From: Selaginella moellendorffii
Lineage: Eukaryota; Plantae; Lycopodiophyta
Reading direction: 5' to 3'
NCBI RefSeq assembly: GCF_000143415.4
Contig: NW_003314339.1
Location: 737,751-801,750 of the forward strand
DNA length: 64,000 nt
Within the stretch, counting starts at the first letter, position 1, and each line of letters opens with the position of its first letter. The position numbers and the translations under genes were made by a program. The notes under the pieces were generated by a model, which was not told the origin of the DNA, searched no databases, and saw only the letters and a list, made by a program, of their open reading frames with translations. Shown piece after piece: positions 34,533 to 47,862 of the stretch.

Positions 34533-37500
34533 ATGGTAAGTCTTTTAGGCCAAGTAGAAAATGGCATGAGGCCACATGCAATTCAATAGCAACATTGGCA
34601 TGCACCGATTGGGCTCTCGAGTGCAGTCCGGTTACAGATGGCGTGTAGCCTCACGCCATCTTCGGATGCAGCCTCAAGACATCTGATGCAGTGGTGAATG
34701 GCGTGTGGCCTCACGTTATTTCTAGCTGCTAGCTTTTCATCTGTCAGCTCTAATTGTTATGCATTTCTGAACAGGCGAGGAATTGCGTTCTTCTTCCAGC
34801 CACTGTCAATGTGGATGCAGAGAAGGGGGAGGAGCTCACCAGTTGGACTTTTGGGATTGAAGGCGAGGATCTGATGCTGTACAACACAGATGGTGGGAGA
34901 AAAGAATGCATGGGGATCCTCATCCAAGTGACAGACACTCCATGCAGTTCCATGCAAGAATATAGACTGGCACTTGTGGTAGAGACAGCATCCGCCTTCA
35001 AGATCCACCTTGCACATCCTAGCGGCTTCCCGGAGGGGGGCAGCGGCTATGAGGAATTCCTAGAGGGAGCTAGGGAGAGGTTGTCCAGGAGGCCCACAAT
35101 TTCAAAGACGCTGCGGGTCTATGAAGATCACATGGAATCCACGGACCTCACCTACGGCGATGTTCAAAAACTATATTCCAACATTGAGCCGTTGAGAGTG
35201 CCTCCAGTTCGCAAAGCGAAGGGGAAGGGGGTCGATCTGGAAACTACCCCGAAGTAGAAAAGAAGCTCAAGCCGACGTCCGACTCTTTTGCTCCAAAAAA
35301 GAAGCTACTCGGTGATGCCATTGCCTCGGGTTCGAACACTACACCCACCAAAAAGAAGAGCCGCAAAGAGCAGAAAGAGCAAGAAGAGGCAGCAAAAATC
35401 GTCGCAGATAATAGTACTTGTTACTATTCCAACAAAGTATATACAATCGACGTGAGCCGTATCGACATCCAAAGAAAATACAACCACAGGCTAGTATCTA
35501 ATGAGTGGGTGGAGAAACTGAAGTAGAAGATGCTGGCAAGTCCAGTAACACCCGACATCGCAGACGTGATCCCCTACTACCGAACAATGAAGGGCGAGAC
35601 GAGGTTTCCAGACTTGATCAATAGGAAGGTGTTGGACGATCAGAACATCCGGTTCTATGCCGTCTCCGGGCAGCATTCTAGCTTGGCGATGCAAGAGATA
35701 GTTGTGGATATTATGGTGGGCGAGGAGGTGAAGAAAGTCTTCAAGACAAGAGTTGTCCGCCTGATAAAAGGCAACTTGCCCCTCCAATCTATCATATACA
35801 TCTCCCACGCGCAAAATGTCAAGCAAGAAACGTGCTACAAGTCGGGTCTGCACGAGACATTGGCACGAACACGGAAGCTCTGGGTTCAACTGAAGAAGCC
35901 ACAAAAACCAGGACAAGGACGTGCACTAGCAACTAGCGCCTGGCAGGTAAGCCTCGTTGCATGTGGCATAGCATGTGGCCTCATGCCATTTCCATTGCAG
36001 GAATTCTCGAGTCTTCTCTCAAAAACACTGGGCGTCAATGACACACTAAGCATCCATAACATTCTACTCGCGACAAAAGTTGTTTTTGACAAATGGGTAG
36101 ATGTGCTGAGGAGGTACTATGACGGGGAGTTGCTAAACTCAATGGGTGTGGAGGACGGCCGGAAGCCCAATGATTTGAAGCTCAACGCCTTGTGTTTCTC
36201 GCGGTCTCTAGACGACGACAACCTTCTGACAGTGGCTAATGCTCTTCTACGTGGTGAGGTAGTCTTCAACAAGACCAAAATGACTCCCGGCCATATTATG
36301 ACATACGAGGACTTGTGCACGACTCTGAGAGCTCGTGCGCTATTGAAGGATTGGATCTTCGAGCAAGTGGCCGTGGAGAGGGTGAGCATCGACACCACAC
36401 AAGAGATGATGGAAGAGCTGGAGTTGTCAAATGAAGACATCGACGAGTATGTGAAGGGGGCCCCCAAGTTCATCGATCTGCTGCGGGATGCCATGAAAAG
36501 TAAAGCTGAGAAGTTGGATCAGTATCCAAATTTCATTAAGAGGGATGTCGACCGCCGGCTTCAGAAACAGCTCGACCCCGTAGCAGAGGCCTATCGAGAA
36601 CCTTACCGGGTATACGTGAATTCGGATGAGGATCAAAGGTGGAGGAGCATCGTTTCCCGCGGAGATGAGCAGGTCAAGAACATCTTTTGTGTGATGGACT
36701 TCACAAACAAGGAGATCACTCATGCAGACGAAGTCAGCTCCATCATTGACTTAATGGTGGGACTTGCGGAGGTGGAATCTTCAGTTCACTATATGATCTA
36801 CGACTCCGAATCCTATCACAAGTTCTGGAAGACCTTGAACGAGGTGAAGGCTCAGTTGAAAGGCAAGGAGATGCAGGAGATCCATGGGATAATGGCTAAG
36901 AAGAAGATACCGACGAATGTCCGCATCTTCACACTCGCCCTTGTTATTGGTCCTGCAGCAAAGTGGGACTGGAGTGACTTCCCAGCTTCGTTCGACAAGG
37001 CCGATTGAATTGATCTGAGGGAGGTCAATTTACCTGTGCCTGAGGAACTGAAGATGGCTATGGAGCTTTCGAATCCAGAGAAAGCTCCAGGTGCAGCATG
37101 GGAAATGCTCAGCTGGGTCTTCAACGCAATAGCACCTGCTTCCGACTCCAAGGGCAAATGCGTTGTCGAGTACAACTGCAGCGGACTATTCTTTCGAGCC
37201 GCACTACTCAAGGGTGTCCCGTGTGTTGTGGTGACAAACTCCATTGAAGAGGTGACTGTAAGGGACTAAATTTTCCATTCTACTTTAGTCACTTAACCAC
37301 ACCTCTGACCACTTGGAGGAGTCTCATTCACAACCTCCATAAGTCCAATCCAGGACTTGGGACTTGCTAGCCCCGAGAATGGCATCCATGCCACTCAACA
37401 TTTGCACTTGGTCCAAGTGCTCCACGTGTCCGATCCCATGACCGACACTCAAAGGTACCACCAACATAGCAGCCCGTTACGCTAAGGCCATGCCCAATCA

Positions 37501-40500
37501 CCTTTGCCACACTGGTAGTCCAATACCACTTGCATCACCGTCTTGGCTCTCCAAGACTAGGCAAACCATCCGTGAGTGGTCATCTCAGATCCACTCCTTA
37601 GCATCCTTAGGATGCCCACCGACAAGGGGAATAGCCTTCCCCAATATCCCTCTGTCAGTCCCCACTAAGTCCCTTTCTGCCCCTGGCCGTGTTTGCCAAC
37701 ACTGCTACTGGATCGAGACCCACAGGCCCGACCACTAAGTCCCACGGTCCTCTGGGACTTCCTCACCACACGACTGTGTCCTTGGTCACTACCCCAGAGG
37801 ACTGCTCCTCTTCCTTTCCACAGTCTGGGCCTTTGGGACAACATTTTGGAGCACCGTGGCCTTACGCAAGCCACCTGGGTACTCTCCTCGCCTTCTGCCC
37901 TTGGGTGCTCTAGCCATGGGCTTAGAGCGGGTTCCGTTGAGCTACACCAGGTATCCAAGTAGGTAGTGCCACCCACACTTGGACTGGGAGCATCGGCCAG
38001 TCGATCTCTCGGGGGAACTAGAGCCGGCTCTTGAACACTTCACCAAGCTACCCCGCTTGTCGGTCTGTGTTGACTCTAGTCTTGGACTTCCCAGTGGGCA
38101 GCTCATCACCCAACACTAGGTCCGGCCTTTCTGGGCCAAACTGGCCTTTCCTGGCCAAACTGGCTCCACTGCAGTCCTCCCCCTACTATACTTTTGGAGC
38201 TCACCAAACCCCCCAGGGTCTGGGAGACGAACACTTTGGGCTTTCACCCTCTCAGGCTCTGGACTCGGACTCGGACTCGGACTCGGACTCGAATTCGGAC
38301 TCGGACTCGGGCTCGGCCTCGGGCTCGGCCTCGGTCTCGGTCTCGGTCCCGATCTCGGTCTCGGTCTCGGTCTCGGTCCCGGTCTCGGTCTTGACTTCGG
38401 ACTCCATCTCGGACTCCATCTCGGACTCCATCTTGGACTCCATCTCAGACTCCATCTCGGACTCCATCTCGGGTCCATCTCGGGTCCATCTCGGACTCCA
38501 TCTCGGACTCCATATCGGGTCCATCTCGGACTCCATCTCGGACTCCATTTCGGGTCCATCTCGGGTCCACCTCGGACTCCATCTTGGACTCCATCTCGGA
38601 CTCCATCTTGGACTCCATCTCGGGTCTATCTCGGACTCCACTTCGGACTCCAACTCGGGTCCATCTCGGGTCCACCTCGGACTCCACTTCGGACTCCATC
38701 TCGGGTCCATCTCGGACTCCACTTCGGACTCCAACTCGGGTCCATCTCGGACTCCACTTCGGACTCCAACTCGGGTCCATCTCGGACTCCACTTCGGACT
38801 CCAACTCGAGTCCATCTCGGACACTCCCACGTGTCATGTGTTGGTCCTTTTGGGTCCCTTTTTGGAGCCTCACCTTTTGCTCGCTTCGTGCTCGTTCCTC
38901 GAGCACTTCGTTGGGAGTTCCACTCCCGCTCTTGACTTTTCAAGTCGGAGCTTTTGGTCCAAACGTGTTACGCTCGTTTGGCTCTCGCTTCGGCCACTAC
39001 CATGTGGCGCCCTTCCGGCTCCACTTTGGGGCCTAGGGATTTTGTGTCTCACAGTGACTTCAATGAAGCATATAATTACAGTTGAAAAGAAAAACAGTAT
39101 CTTCTTTGCGAACCTGGTGAGTACGCACTTTAAGTTTAAATGTTATCTCACAAGCTTTGTATGCAGGAGCGTGGCCACCCCCAGATGCTGACATGGCATT
39201 AACAGGTACTGTTGAAGATACCCATGTTGGGCCGAGCTCACAACCTGCACAAGGTAAGGTCACGTGAGGCCTCACGCCATTTTGATTATAGATTGTTGTG
39301 AATATTCAAACACGAGGACTGAAAAGCGCACTGGTGGTACGTCGAAGAAGGACAAACAGACAAGCAATAGGAAAAAAGGAGGTACAAATTATATTTGCAA
39401 TGGCGTGTGGTCTCATGCCATTCCTTGCAGGAGACACTTCTTCAAAGGCAAAGCAGGCAAGCACCAGCCAAGCTCAAACTGACAATGGTCATAAAAAGCG
39501 AAAGCACGTTGGACAATCGTCGGGATCAGAGGCGTTTGATTCGAAAAGGAAGAAGGGCAACAAAAAGATGATAGGTAATGCCTCGCGGTCACCACCTCCT
39601 GACTCAGATTCCTATGGCGGACTCCCCTTCCCTAATCTCAATGGAGAGGTACAATGGATGAGGGATGCTTTTCAAGTCAGGGCCACGTTTTTCTCATTTC
39701 GTCGTCTTCGAAGGGTGCAAGAACGTGCACAAACCATGTTAAGATAGTCGGGTGAGGATACGGTCCTAGGTCACGCACTAAAACAGGCTATGGATGTCTT
39801 GTATTTTGAGATGGAGACTCGGCCAGATGATTTTTCCAAGATGGTCCTGGAAGAACAAGCCATCCAGCCTGAGCAGCCTATGGAAGAAATGCATGAGGGG
39901 GATGAGGAGCCAAAGAAAGATAATGAGCAGGAAGAGCAGAAGGACGAAGAGGAGGACAAAGAAGAGGAGGACGAAGAAGAGGAGGATGAAGAGGACTTGG
40001 ATGGTCCTCACAATGGTGACGATCACAATAACGACAACGACGATGATGACGACGATGGCTAGCCTGAGGTGGCCAAAGAGCAGCGGAGGAAGGTCATACA
40101 AGACAAACCATCAGGTAAATAATAGTACATCCATTCCTAACCTTTTACCATTTCTAACATTGTCCATGTAGGTCGCAAAGCAAATGGTAAGTAGAGATTA
40201 TTCAGTTGAATTAAGATACAAACTCTAGCCTTTAGTGTCGAGGAAGGATAGTGCCAAGCAAGGGTCGAAACGTATGTCCAATCCTTCAGAATCAGCAGTG
40301 CGCCCAAGTGATATCGGTCCTAGTTCCTCAATAGCAGTTGATGGTAAATACAGTATAGTCGATTCAATGTGCTAATGAGTTTGTTTTTAGTAGCACGGGA
40401 GGATACCATCTCAATCGAAGGGAGATATTTGGACATGCATATGGATCCGCCAGTGGACTCTACTTGCCTGCAAGAGTCATCAGAGCTGGTGGAGGCTACT

Positions 40501-41885
40501 ATCCATATCAACGCCAAGCAAGCTGACCACGCTCCACTTGATGCTGCCCATACCACTGAGTCAATCTTGTCCATATATCCAACTGACGGTGACCAGGCGC
40601 CATTGGACCCGCATGAGGCTGCCCCAGCCGCCGAGCCGGTCGTATCCTCATTTCCAACGGACTCAACGTGTGCCCAATCGTCTGACTATGCGCCGTTGGA
40701 ACCTCCCTACACCGCCCCTGCTACCGGTTCGGTCATGTCCACTTTGCCAACGGAGGCACCAGCTGAAATGGCGTGTGATCACACGCCATCGGAACCACCC
40801 CATGCCACTGTTGAGCCAGTTGTACCAGAGTCTACAGCTGAAATGGCATGTGCCCACACACCATCGGATGCGATTGACCCCACATTGCAGGGGAGAGTAT
40901 TTCTGCCCTTCACGTTTCCTCGACCAAAACCCTCTGAACGACCATCGGGAGCACCATTCGCTAATATTGTAGATGGTAAAATTGACTTGTACCATTTTTT
41001 ATACTGACGCATTTCATTTCAGAGTCATGGCGAAGGTACTGTATCGTTTTTGATGTGAACGGTGTCCTTTTCTCCCATGAGCGTGGCTCGTCCTCAAATG
41101 TCACTGCACCCTCCAAAGCCTGCGGTCGCAAGTTGGTCAAAAGAGACAGATTCACATTAATCACACGGGAGAAACTGCGGGATCTAATAATGACCATGCG
41201 ACACTTAAAACAGAGGGCCGGGTTCAATTTGCAATTGGGAGTTTGGACATCCATGATGCGCCACAATGCATTAACGTTGCTACAGATGATGCACGATCAG
41301 ACGCGAGTAATATTACCATTTGACTTTCTCCTAACGCAGGAGGATTGCTTAACTATGGTCCATGTGAGGGGTAGCAAGCCCATCTTCGTCAAGCCAGAGG
41401 CTGTAGTGATGAACCGGACTGCTAGGTCAAGTGAAATCCTCATCATCGATGACTCGCCGATTAAAACTGCAGCGAACACGCACACATATGCAGTGCACCC
41501 CATCTCTTGCAGTATGGAAACTAGGGAGAAGAAACCGTATGTTCCGGGGGACTTTGCAGAACGGCTTGGAGCGATGGTGATAGAGAACCGGCCAGTCTAG
41601 GAGGTGGCTGCAGAAATCAACCAAATGGCAGATGGAACGGTATATCAAAAGCCATTTGATCGGACAGACACCAGTCATCATTTATGGCATGTATATTGTC
41701 TAGCCAAGCACTATCTGCATCTCCATAATCTGCTCAACCGGATGGGTTCTTCGACCACTGAACATGAGCGTGGACGTATTAGAGAAGAGATGGCATTACT
41801 ATTGGGTTTAAATCCTGATAGTGTGGAGAGTGATGAAATTCCAAGATTATTGTATAGGCGTTGGAGGCAAAAAATAACAGTCTGA
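34533..41885 (+). pseudogene. Cargo gene, copy 2 (several stops, small deletions, solo LTR insertion)
   Basis: Colinear with 7300-12908; FYAVSGQHSSLA retained; stops at ~35255, ~35523, ~37006, ~39745, ~40060 and ~41598. Confidence 0.88.
37257..39053 (-). mobile_element. Family B solo LTR, TSD GTGAC
   Basis: GTGAC at 37252-37256 and 39054-39058; TG...CA ends. Confidence 0.92.
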
Positions 41886-42327
41886 GATGGCATGTATTTA
41901 TTTAAAAATGTAACTTATTATGGCATGGGGTTCCATGCCATTGTATTAATATTAAAAGACAATTCTTTGAGAGGATTTGCATTATACTAGAAGTGTTACA
42001 GCATGTTATTGGAAGTCTACGAAGTTGTTTTATTAATAAGGGGAAAGTAAAGATTGAATAGGGACTTGGGCTCCACCTAGACTCGGAGCAACTGAGCCAA
42101 TATTAAAAGGATGGAAAGAAATTGGACGACAATGACAAGGAGAAGAGAGAGGTGAAGCAGTGGCAGGGGGAGGAGAAGTGATTGAGTAGACATTTCCTTG
42201 TTTAAAATAAAATGGCATGTGCCTCAATGCAGTTGAATTTTGTTATATTTATATACTATATAAAGGTTTGGAAACCTTATTTTACAAGTGGGATAATGAC
42301 AATTCCCACTTTAACGAAATAGAGCTT

Positions 42328-45045
42328 CTAGGCGAACCAAGGACTATAGAGTTTGTTCAAGGTAGCCAAAGCACCGATGAGGTACTTCGACAAGCGAAAG
42401 TCGAAGTAGGGACATGGAAAGTAGACATGAATTTCACCGTCTTGGACATGGCGGGATTTGACGTGATCTTCGGAATGGATTGGTTTAATCGGTTCGTGGT
42501 AGCCCTGCATGGACAAGGTAGGAACCTTGTGGTATTGGCGAATGCCCAAAGAAGAAGATCTAGGGTGGAGGCCCAGGATCTAAAGGTAGGGCAAAGCAAG
42601 GCCAAAGAGTCATGCTTAAACCTGGTGTCCACGAGAGGACAACTCACTAAAGGAACTAAGGCAGCCTCTTTGTGCTTACTCTCGGTGAAGAGTGACAAAA
42701 AGACAAGAACGGAAGAAGTACCTTTAGTGATCTAGCGGGTACTGGACCAATTCCAAGATACCATGCCGGAGGAGCTACCGGCGGGGTTGCCCCCCGCACG
42801 ACCGATAGAACATAAGATTGAGCTGGTCGAGGGTGCTGAGGCGGTGGTTCGTCCACCCTATCGATTGAACGAAAAAGAACTCGCGGAGCTCAAGCGCCAA
42901 CTAGAGGAGTTGGTGGACAAAGGGTATGTTAGGTTGAGCAAGTCGCCATATGGGGCGCCGGTGCTATTTGTGAAAAAGAAAGATGGATCTATGCGCATGT
43001 GTATAGACTACCGGTTGCTCAACAAGTATACCAAGAAGAACAAGTACCCTTTGCCAAGGATCGAGGACCTGTTCGATAGGTTGGGAAAAGCAAAATACTT
43101 CTCGAGGATTGACCTAAGGTCAGGATACTACCAGATCAGGGTAGCTGAGGAAGATGTCGAGAAGACAACCTGTCGAACGAGGTATGGGAGCTTTGAGTTT
43201 CTGGTGATGCCTTTTGGGCTGTGCAATGCGCCGGCAACGTTTTCGGTGTTGATGAACCACATCTTTGTACCCTATCTAGATCATTTTGTGGTCGTCTATA
43301 TCGACGACATCCTAATCTATAGCGAGACGCTAGAGGAGCATGCCAAACACTTGGCGAAGGTGTTTGAGAAACTAAGGGAACACAAACTGTATGCTAAAGA
43401 GAGCAAATGTGACTTTGCTCAACAAGAGGAAAAGTTTCTCAGGCATGTGGTGGGTCAGGACGGGCTCAAGGTGGACCCGGAGAAGGTCCAAGCGATCTAG
43501 GAATGGGAACGACCATCGAATGTACACGAGTTAAGGGCATTCTTGGGGCTATGCAACTACTACCAAAAGTTTATCAGACACTATTCGAGAGTAGCCCTGC
43601 CCTTAACGGACCAAACAAGAAAAGGGAAGATGGTATGGACAGCAGAATGCGAGGCGGCATTTGTCCACCTCAAAAGGAAGTTGAGGAAGGCTCCAGTGTT
43701 GGCATTACCAGACTTTGGTAAGGACTTTGAGGTAGAAACGGATGCTTCGGACTTTGCGTTGGGCACAGTTTTGAAGCAAGACAACCATCCAGTAGCGTTC
43801 ATCCAAGGCTAGTGGGGGCTTGTTGCAAAGCATCCCAATTCCAGATCGTCCGTGGAAGTGTCTCACGATCGACTTCATCACGGGACTGCCCCCAAGCGAG
43901 GGGTTCGATGCGATATTCGTGGTGGTGGACCGATTTTCAAAGATGGCACATTTCATACCCACCACAACGGAAGTGGATGCGGAAGGTGTGGCGAAGCTGT
44001 TCTTCGAACAAGTGGTTCGAGTGCGGGGAAGGCCGGAAGAGATTATCTCAGATCGAGATAAGATCTTCACCAGTAGGTTCTGGAGGACACTCCTAGAACA
44101 GTATCACACGAAGTTGAAATTCAGCACAGCCTATCACCCACAGACAGGTATGGGGTATTAAGTCAAGTTGATGGCACTAACACTTCTTGACAAACGGACA
44201 AACGGAAAGGGTGAATAGGCAGTTGGAGGATTATTTGCGATGCTATGTCTCAGGAGACCAGACCAATTAGGTAAGTCATTTGGGACTTGCAGAAATGTGT
44301 TATAACAACTCACCACATTCGAGCATCGGGGTGAGTCCATGGGAAGTCATCAATGGGCGAGCTGTTGAAGGTCCTGTGGAACTCGGCGTGGCCGAGTATC
44401 ATGGAGAGTTACCCGCAGTGGAGGCATTCACGGCGGAAAGACTCAACATTTGGAATCTAGTGAGGGATTCCTTGGAACGGGCTCAACAAAGGCAAACTAA
44501 GTATGCGAACCAAAAGCGTCGGGATGTGGAGTTCCAAGCTGCGGAGAAGGTGTGGCTGAACACCAAGAACCTTAGGCTACCAAGTGGGATCAGACGGAAG
44601 TTGACCCAAAGGTAAAAATGCATGTATTCCTGTAAATGAATTGATCTTGAGTTCCTTAAGTAGGTTCGCGGGGCCTTATGAGATTGAGGCTCGAATCGGT
44701 AAAGTGGCTTACCGTCTCCGACTTCCTCGAGAGATGGGGAAGATGCATCCCGTGTTCCACGTGAACTTGCTCAAGCCTTATTTTGAGGATCTGCTTCGCA
44801 AGGACCAAGTAAGACCTTTACCTAAGGTTATCCAAGGGGAGGAGGAATACGAAGTCGAGGCCATCCTCAATGCACGCAAGAGCAAGCGACAAGGACGCGA
44901 GGTGAGAGAGTTCCATGTGAAGTGGAAAGGATTTCCACACTGCGAAGCAACATGGGAACCGGAGGAGAACCTACTGAACGCGCGAGATCTAGTGGAGGAA
45001 TTTCTGCATGGCAAAACTCTATATACTTATGCAAAGTTCAATTAA
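42328..45045 (+). pseudogene. pol: Chromovirus pol: protease C-half, RT, partial RNase H, integrase core and chromodomain
   Basis: RMCIDYR, YPLPRI, MPFGL and YIDD (RT); ETDAS (RNase H); IDFITGLP, ISDRD and HPQT-GQTE (IN); GPY motif; YEVEAIL...VKWKG...TWEPEENL (chromodomain). Has several stops and a deletion near 43800 that removes the RNase H end and the HHCC. Confidence 0.95.
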
Positions 45046-45242
45046 AAGTATCAATTTGAGAAGTTGAGCAATGGCATATGTTGGGACCCAAAGGCGCACC
45101 GAAGGTAAGCTAATTAGCATGGGTTAGCTAGGTCGACCAGGCGTAGGGAGCTACGCTCGACTCCCTGCGCGGATGTCAAATCCGTAGACGTATTCTACGG
45201 AGGTTGGGTTCGAGTCCCAACCCCCTAGTAAAGCAAGGCTAG

Positions 45243-46226
45243 GTTTGAGACGGAGTTCGAGACGGAGTCCGAGATCCGAAATCGGGTCCGAGACCGAGTC
45301 CGAGGTCGAGTCCAAGGTCGGGTCCGAGATCGGGTCCGAGATCGGGTCCGAGATCGAGTCCGAGATCGAGTCCGAGACCGAATCCGAAGTCGGATCCAAA
45401 ATCAGGTCCGAGATCGAGCCAGAGACTAAGTCCAAATACTAATACGGGTCAAGGGGTGAAAGCCCAAAGCGTGCGTCTCCCAGGGGGGGGGGAGCTGCAG
45501 GGGGTTCCAAAAATATAGTAGGGATAGTGAGGTCCAGGAACCAGTTTAGAAGGGACTCTCTAGTGGGGCTCCCAAACTGACTTGAGGTTGGGACTGGGAC
45601 CAAGGGGCCTTGGGTGGGAGTGAGCATGGACTTGGTTGGTGCCGGAGGGGCCATCCAAGGAAGTGCTCAAGAGCAGCTCTCACTCCCGAAAGGGAAACCG
45701 ATTGCGGTGCTCCCGGCTCATGTGGAGTGGTGCCCCACTTGAGTACCATGCGGCTCATTGGTCCTCGCCCTTCCTAGGGGCTTGGGCCTTCCTTCGGGAT
45801 GGAAGTGGGGGGGTAAAGGTACCCATACTGGGCCGCTAGGCCACGGTGTTTTGCCCCAGCGTCCCGAAGCAAGTGTTGCACTCAAGACTTGGGATTTAAA
45901 GGGTCCCATGATCAAGTCTTGTGGTACCAAAGGAAGTTAGGAACCTGGAAGTTTGGTGTGCTTGGCTGCTTGTGCTTGCGGGGAGTGTAGCCGAACCTTA
46001 AGTCCAGTCTAACCCGGGGAGGGGGATTGGGAGAGAGTGGGAATCCGTGGATGGTGGCTAACGCTCCGTTGCTTGTGCAGTGAGTAGCTAAAAGCAAGTA
46101 GGACCAAGTAGGAGCTGGTACCATAGGCGAGAACCTTGGCGAGGGAACTTAACAAAAGCCAAGGCAGTGTCGGACAGATAAACGAGGTGAGCTAGCAAAT
46201 TGGAAAGGAAAAATTTGTGGCTTACA
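45243..46226 (+). repeat. Family A 3' LTR lacking its first ~185 bp
   Basis: Aligns to ~26900-27874 only; ends GGCTTACA. Confidence 0.85.
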
Positions 46227-47862
46227 CAACCTTGGTTATGCCCTTCGATTCCTATGGTTTGGTTCTATCCCCTTACTTCTTGCTTTTGGCTTCACACCTT
46301 TCCTTCGGTCATTCTCCTCCAGATCAGGAGGATAACTTTGCACTTTCTATCATGCCTTAGCAAGTATTCTTAGGGATGAACTTACCTGATAGCCTAGGGA
46401 GTGGTTCCTCAATCCATGTATGCTCACCCTATAATCCCACACACCAAGATTACGTTGTTGCTTACGGGCCTTTGCATGCCCATTGCTAGCCTTGCCAAAA
46501 TTCCATTTTTGGCTTTGTCCAATTCGAGTAGACAGTCTTCTCCTGTCTCCGCCACCTTGGACATTTGGATAGCACCTACTATCCATTATTCGCTAGGGAC
46601 TTAGTCCCTTGGGCCTTATCTACTGCCCTCGCGACATCAAACACCACCTCCTGGTTGTAAAGAACCAACTCGCCGAGGTGTCGTAGGCTAAAGGAACCCC
46701 GAAAGCATGACCAAAATGACAAAGAGTTCATCGGATGGGACCAAGTCGAAGATCGAGTCCAAGACCGACTCTAGGACCGAGTTTGAGATAGGGTCCGGAA
46801 TCGAGTCCGAGACCGACTCGGGGACCGAGTTCGAGTCCGAGTTCGAGACCGAGTTCGAGACGGAGTCCGAGATCCGAAATCGGGTCTGAGACCGAGTCCG
46901 AGGTCGAGTCCGAGGTCGGGTCCGAGATCGGGTCCGAGATCGAGTCCGTGATCGAGTCCGAACCCGAATCCGAAGTCGGATCCGAAATCGGGTCCGAGAT
47001 CGAGCCAGAGACTAAGTCCAAATACTAATACGGGTCAAGGGGTGAAAGCCCAAAGCGTGCGTCTCCCAGGGGGGGGGGGGCTGCAGGGGGTTCCAAAAGT
47101 ATAGTAGGGATAGTGAGGTCCAGGAACCAGTTTTGAAGGGACTCTCCAGTTGGGCTTCCAAACCAACTTGAGGTTGAGACTGGGACCGAGGGGCCTTGGG
47201 TGGGAGTGAGCATGGACTTGGCTGGTGCCGGAGGGGCCATCCAAGGAAGTGCTCAAGAGCAGCTCCCACTCCCGAAAGGGAAACCGATTGCGGTGCTCCC
47301 GGCTCATGTGGAGTGGTGCCCCACTTGAGTACCATGCGGCTCATTGGTCCTCGCCCTTCCTAGGGGCTTGGGCCTTCCTTCGGGATGGAAGTGGGGGGCG
47401 AGAGGTACCCATACCGGGCCGCTAGGCCACGGTGTTTCGCCCCGACGTCCCGAAGCAAGTGTTGCACTCAAGACTTGGGTTTTAGAGGGTCCCATGATCA
47501 AGTCTTGTGGTACCAAGGGATGTTAGGAACCTGGAAGCTTGGTGTGCTTGGCTGCTTGTGCTTGCGGGGAGTGTAGCCGAACCTTAGTCCAGTCTAACCT
47601 GGGGAGGGGGATTGGGAGTGATTTGGGAATCCGTGGAAGGATGGCTAACACTCCGTTGCTCGTGCAGTGAGTAGCTGAAACCAAGTAGGAGCTGGTACTA
47701 TAGGCGAGATCGTTGGCAAGGGAACTTAGCAAAAGCCAAGGCAGTGTTGGACGGATAGACGAGGTAAACTGGCAAATTGGAAAGGAAAAATTTGTGGCTT
47801 ACAATTTGGTATCGGAGCCTTTATCTCAGTTCTAGCGAAGGATAGAGGCGGATTGCTGGGAG

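Larger units (their letters stand above)
29330..42327. mobile_element. Sola-like DNA transposon copy 2 (transposase mostly deleted), TSD CTAG
   Basis: TIRs at 29330-29353 and 42304-42327; CTAG at 29326-29329 and 42328-42331. Removing the element restores the protease frame VQRLGEPRTIEF. Confidence 0.95.
26715..46226 (+). mobile_element. Ty3/Gypsy chromovirus (family A) copy 1, interrupted by DNA transposon copy 2; TSD CAACC
   Basis: 5' LTR 26715-27874, PBS, gag-PR-RT-RH-IN-chromodomain, partial 3' LTR ending at 46226; CAACC at 26710-26714 and 46227-46231. Confidence 0.93.

Noticed and set aside
45010-45063. Possible third intron after the chromodomain
   Set aside because: The donor reads GC rather than GT, and no conserved downstream motif confirms the frame.
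45140-45230. Bona fide tRNA gene
   Set aside because: Only the T-arm and adjacent hairpins are evident; I found no convincing acceptor stem, D-arm or A-box.
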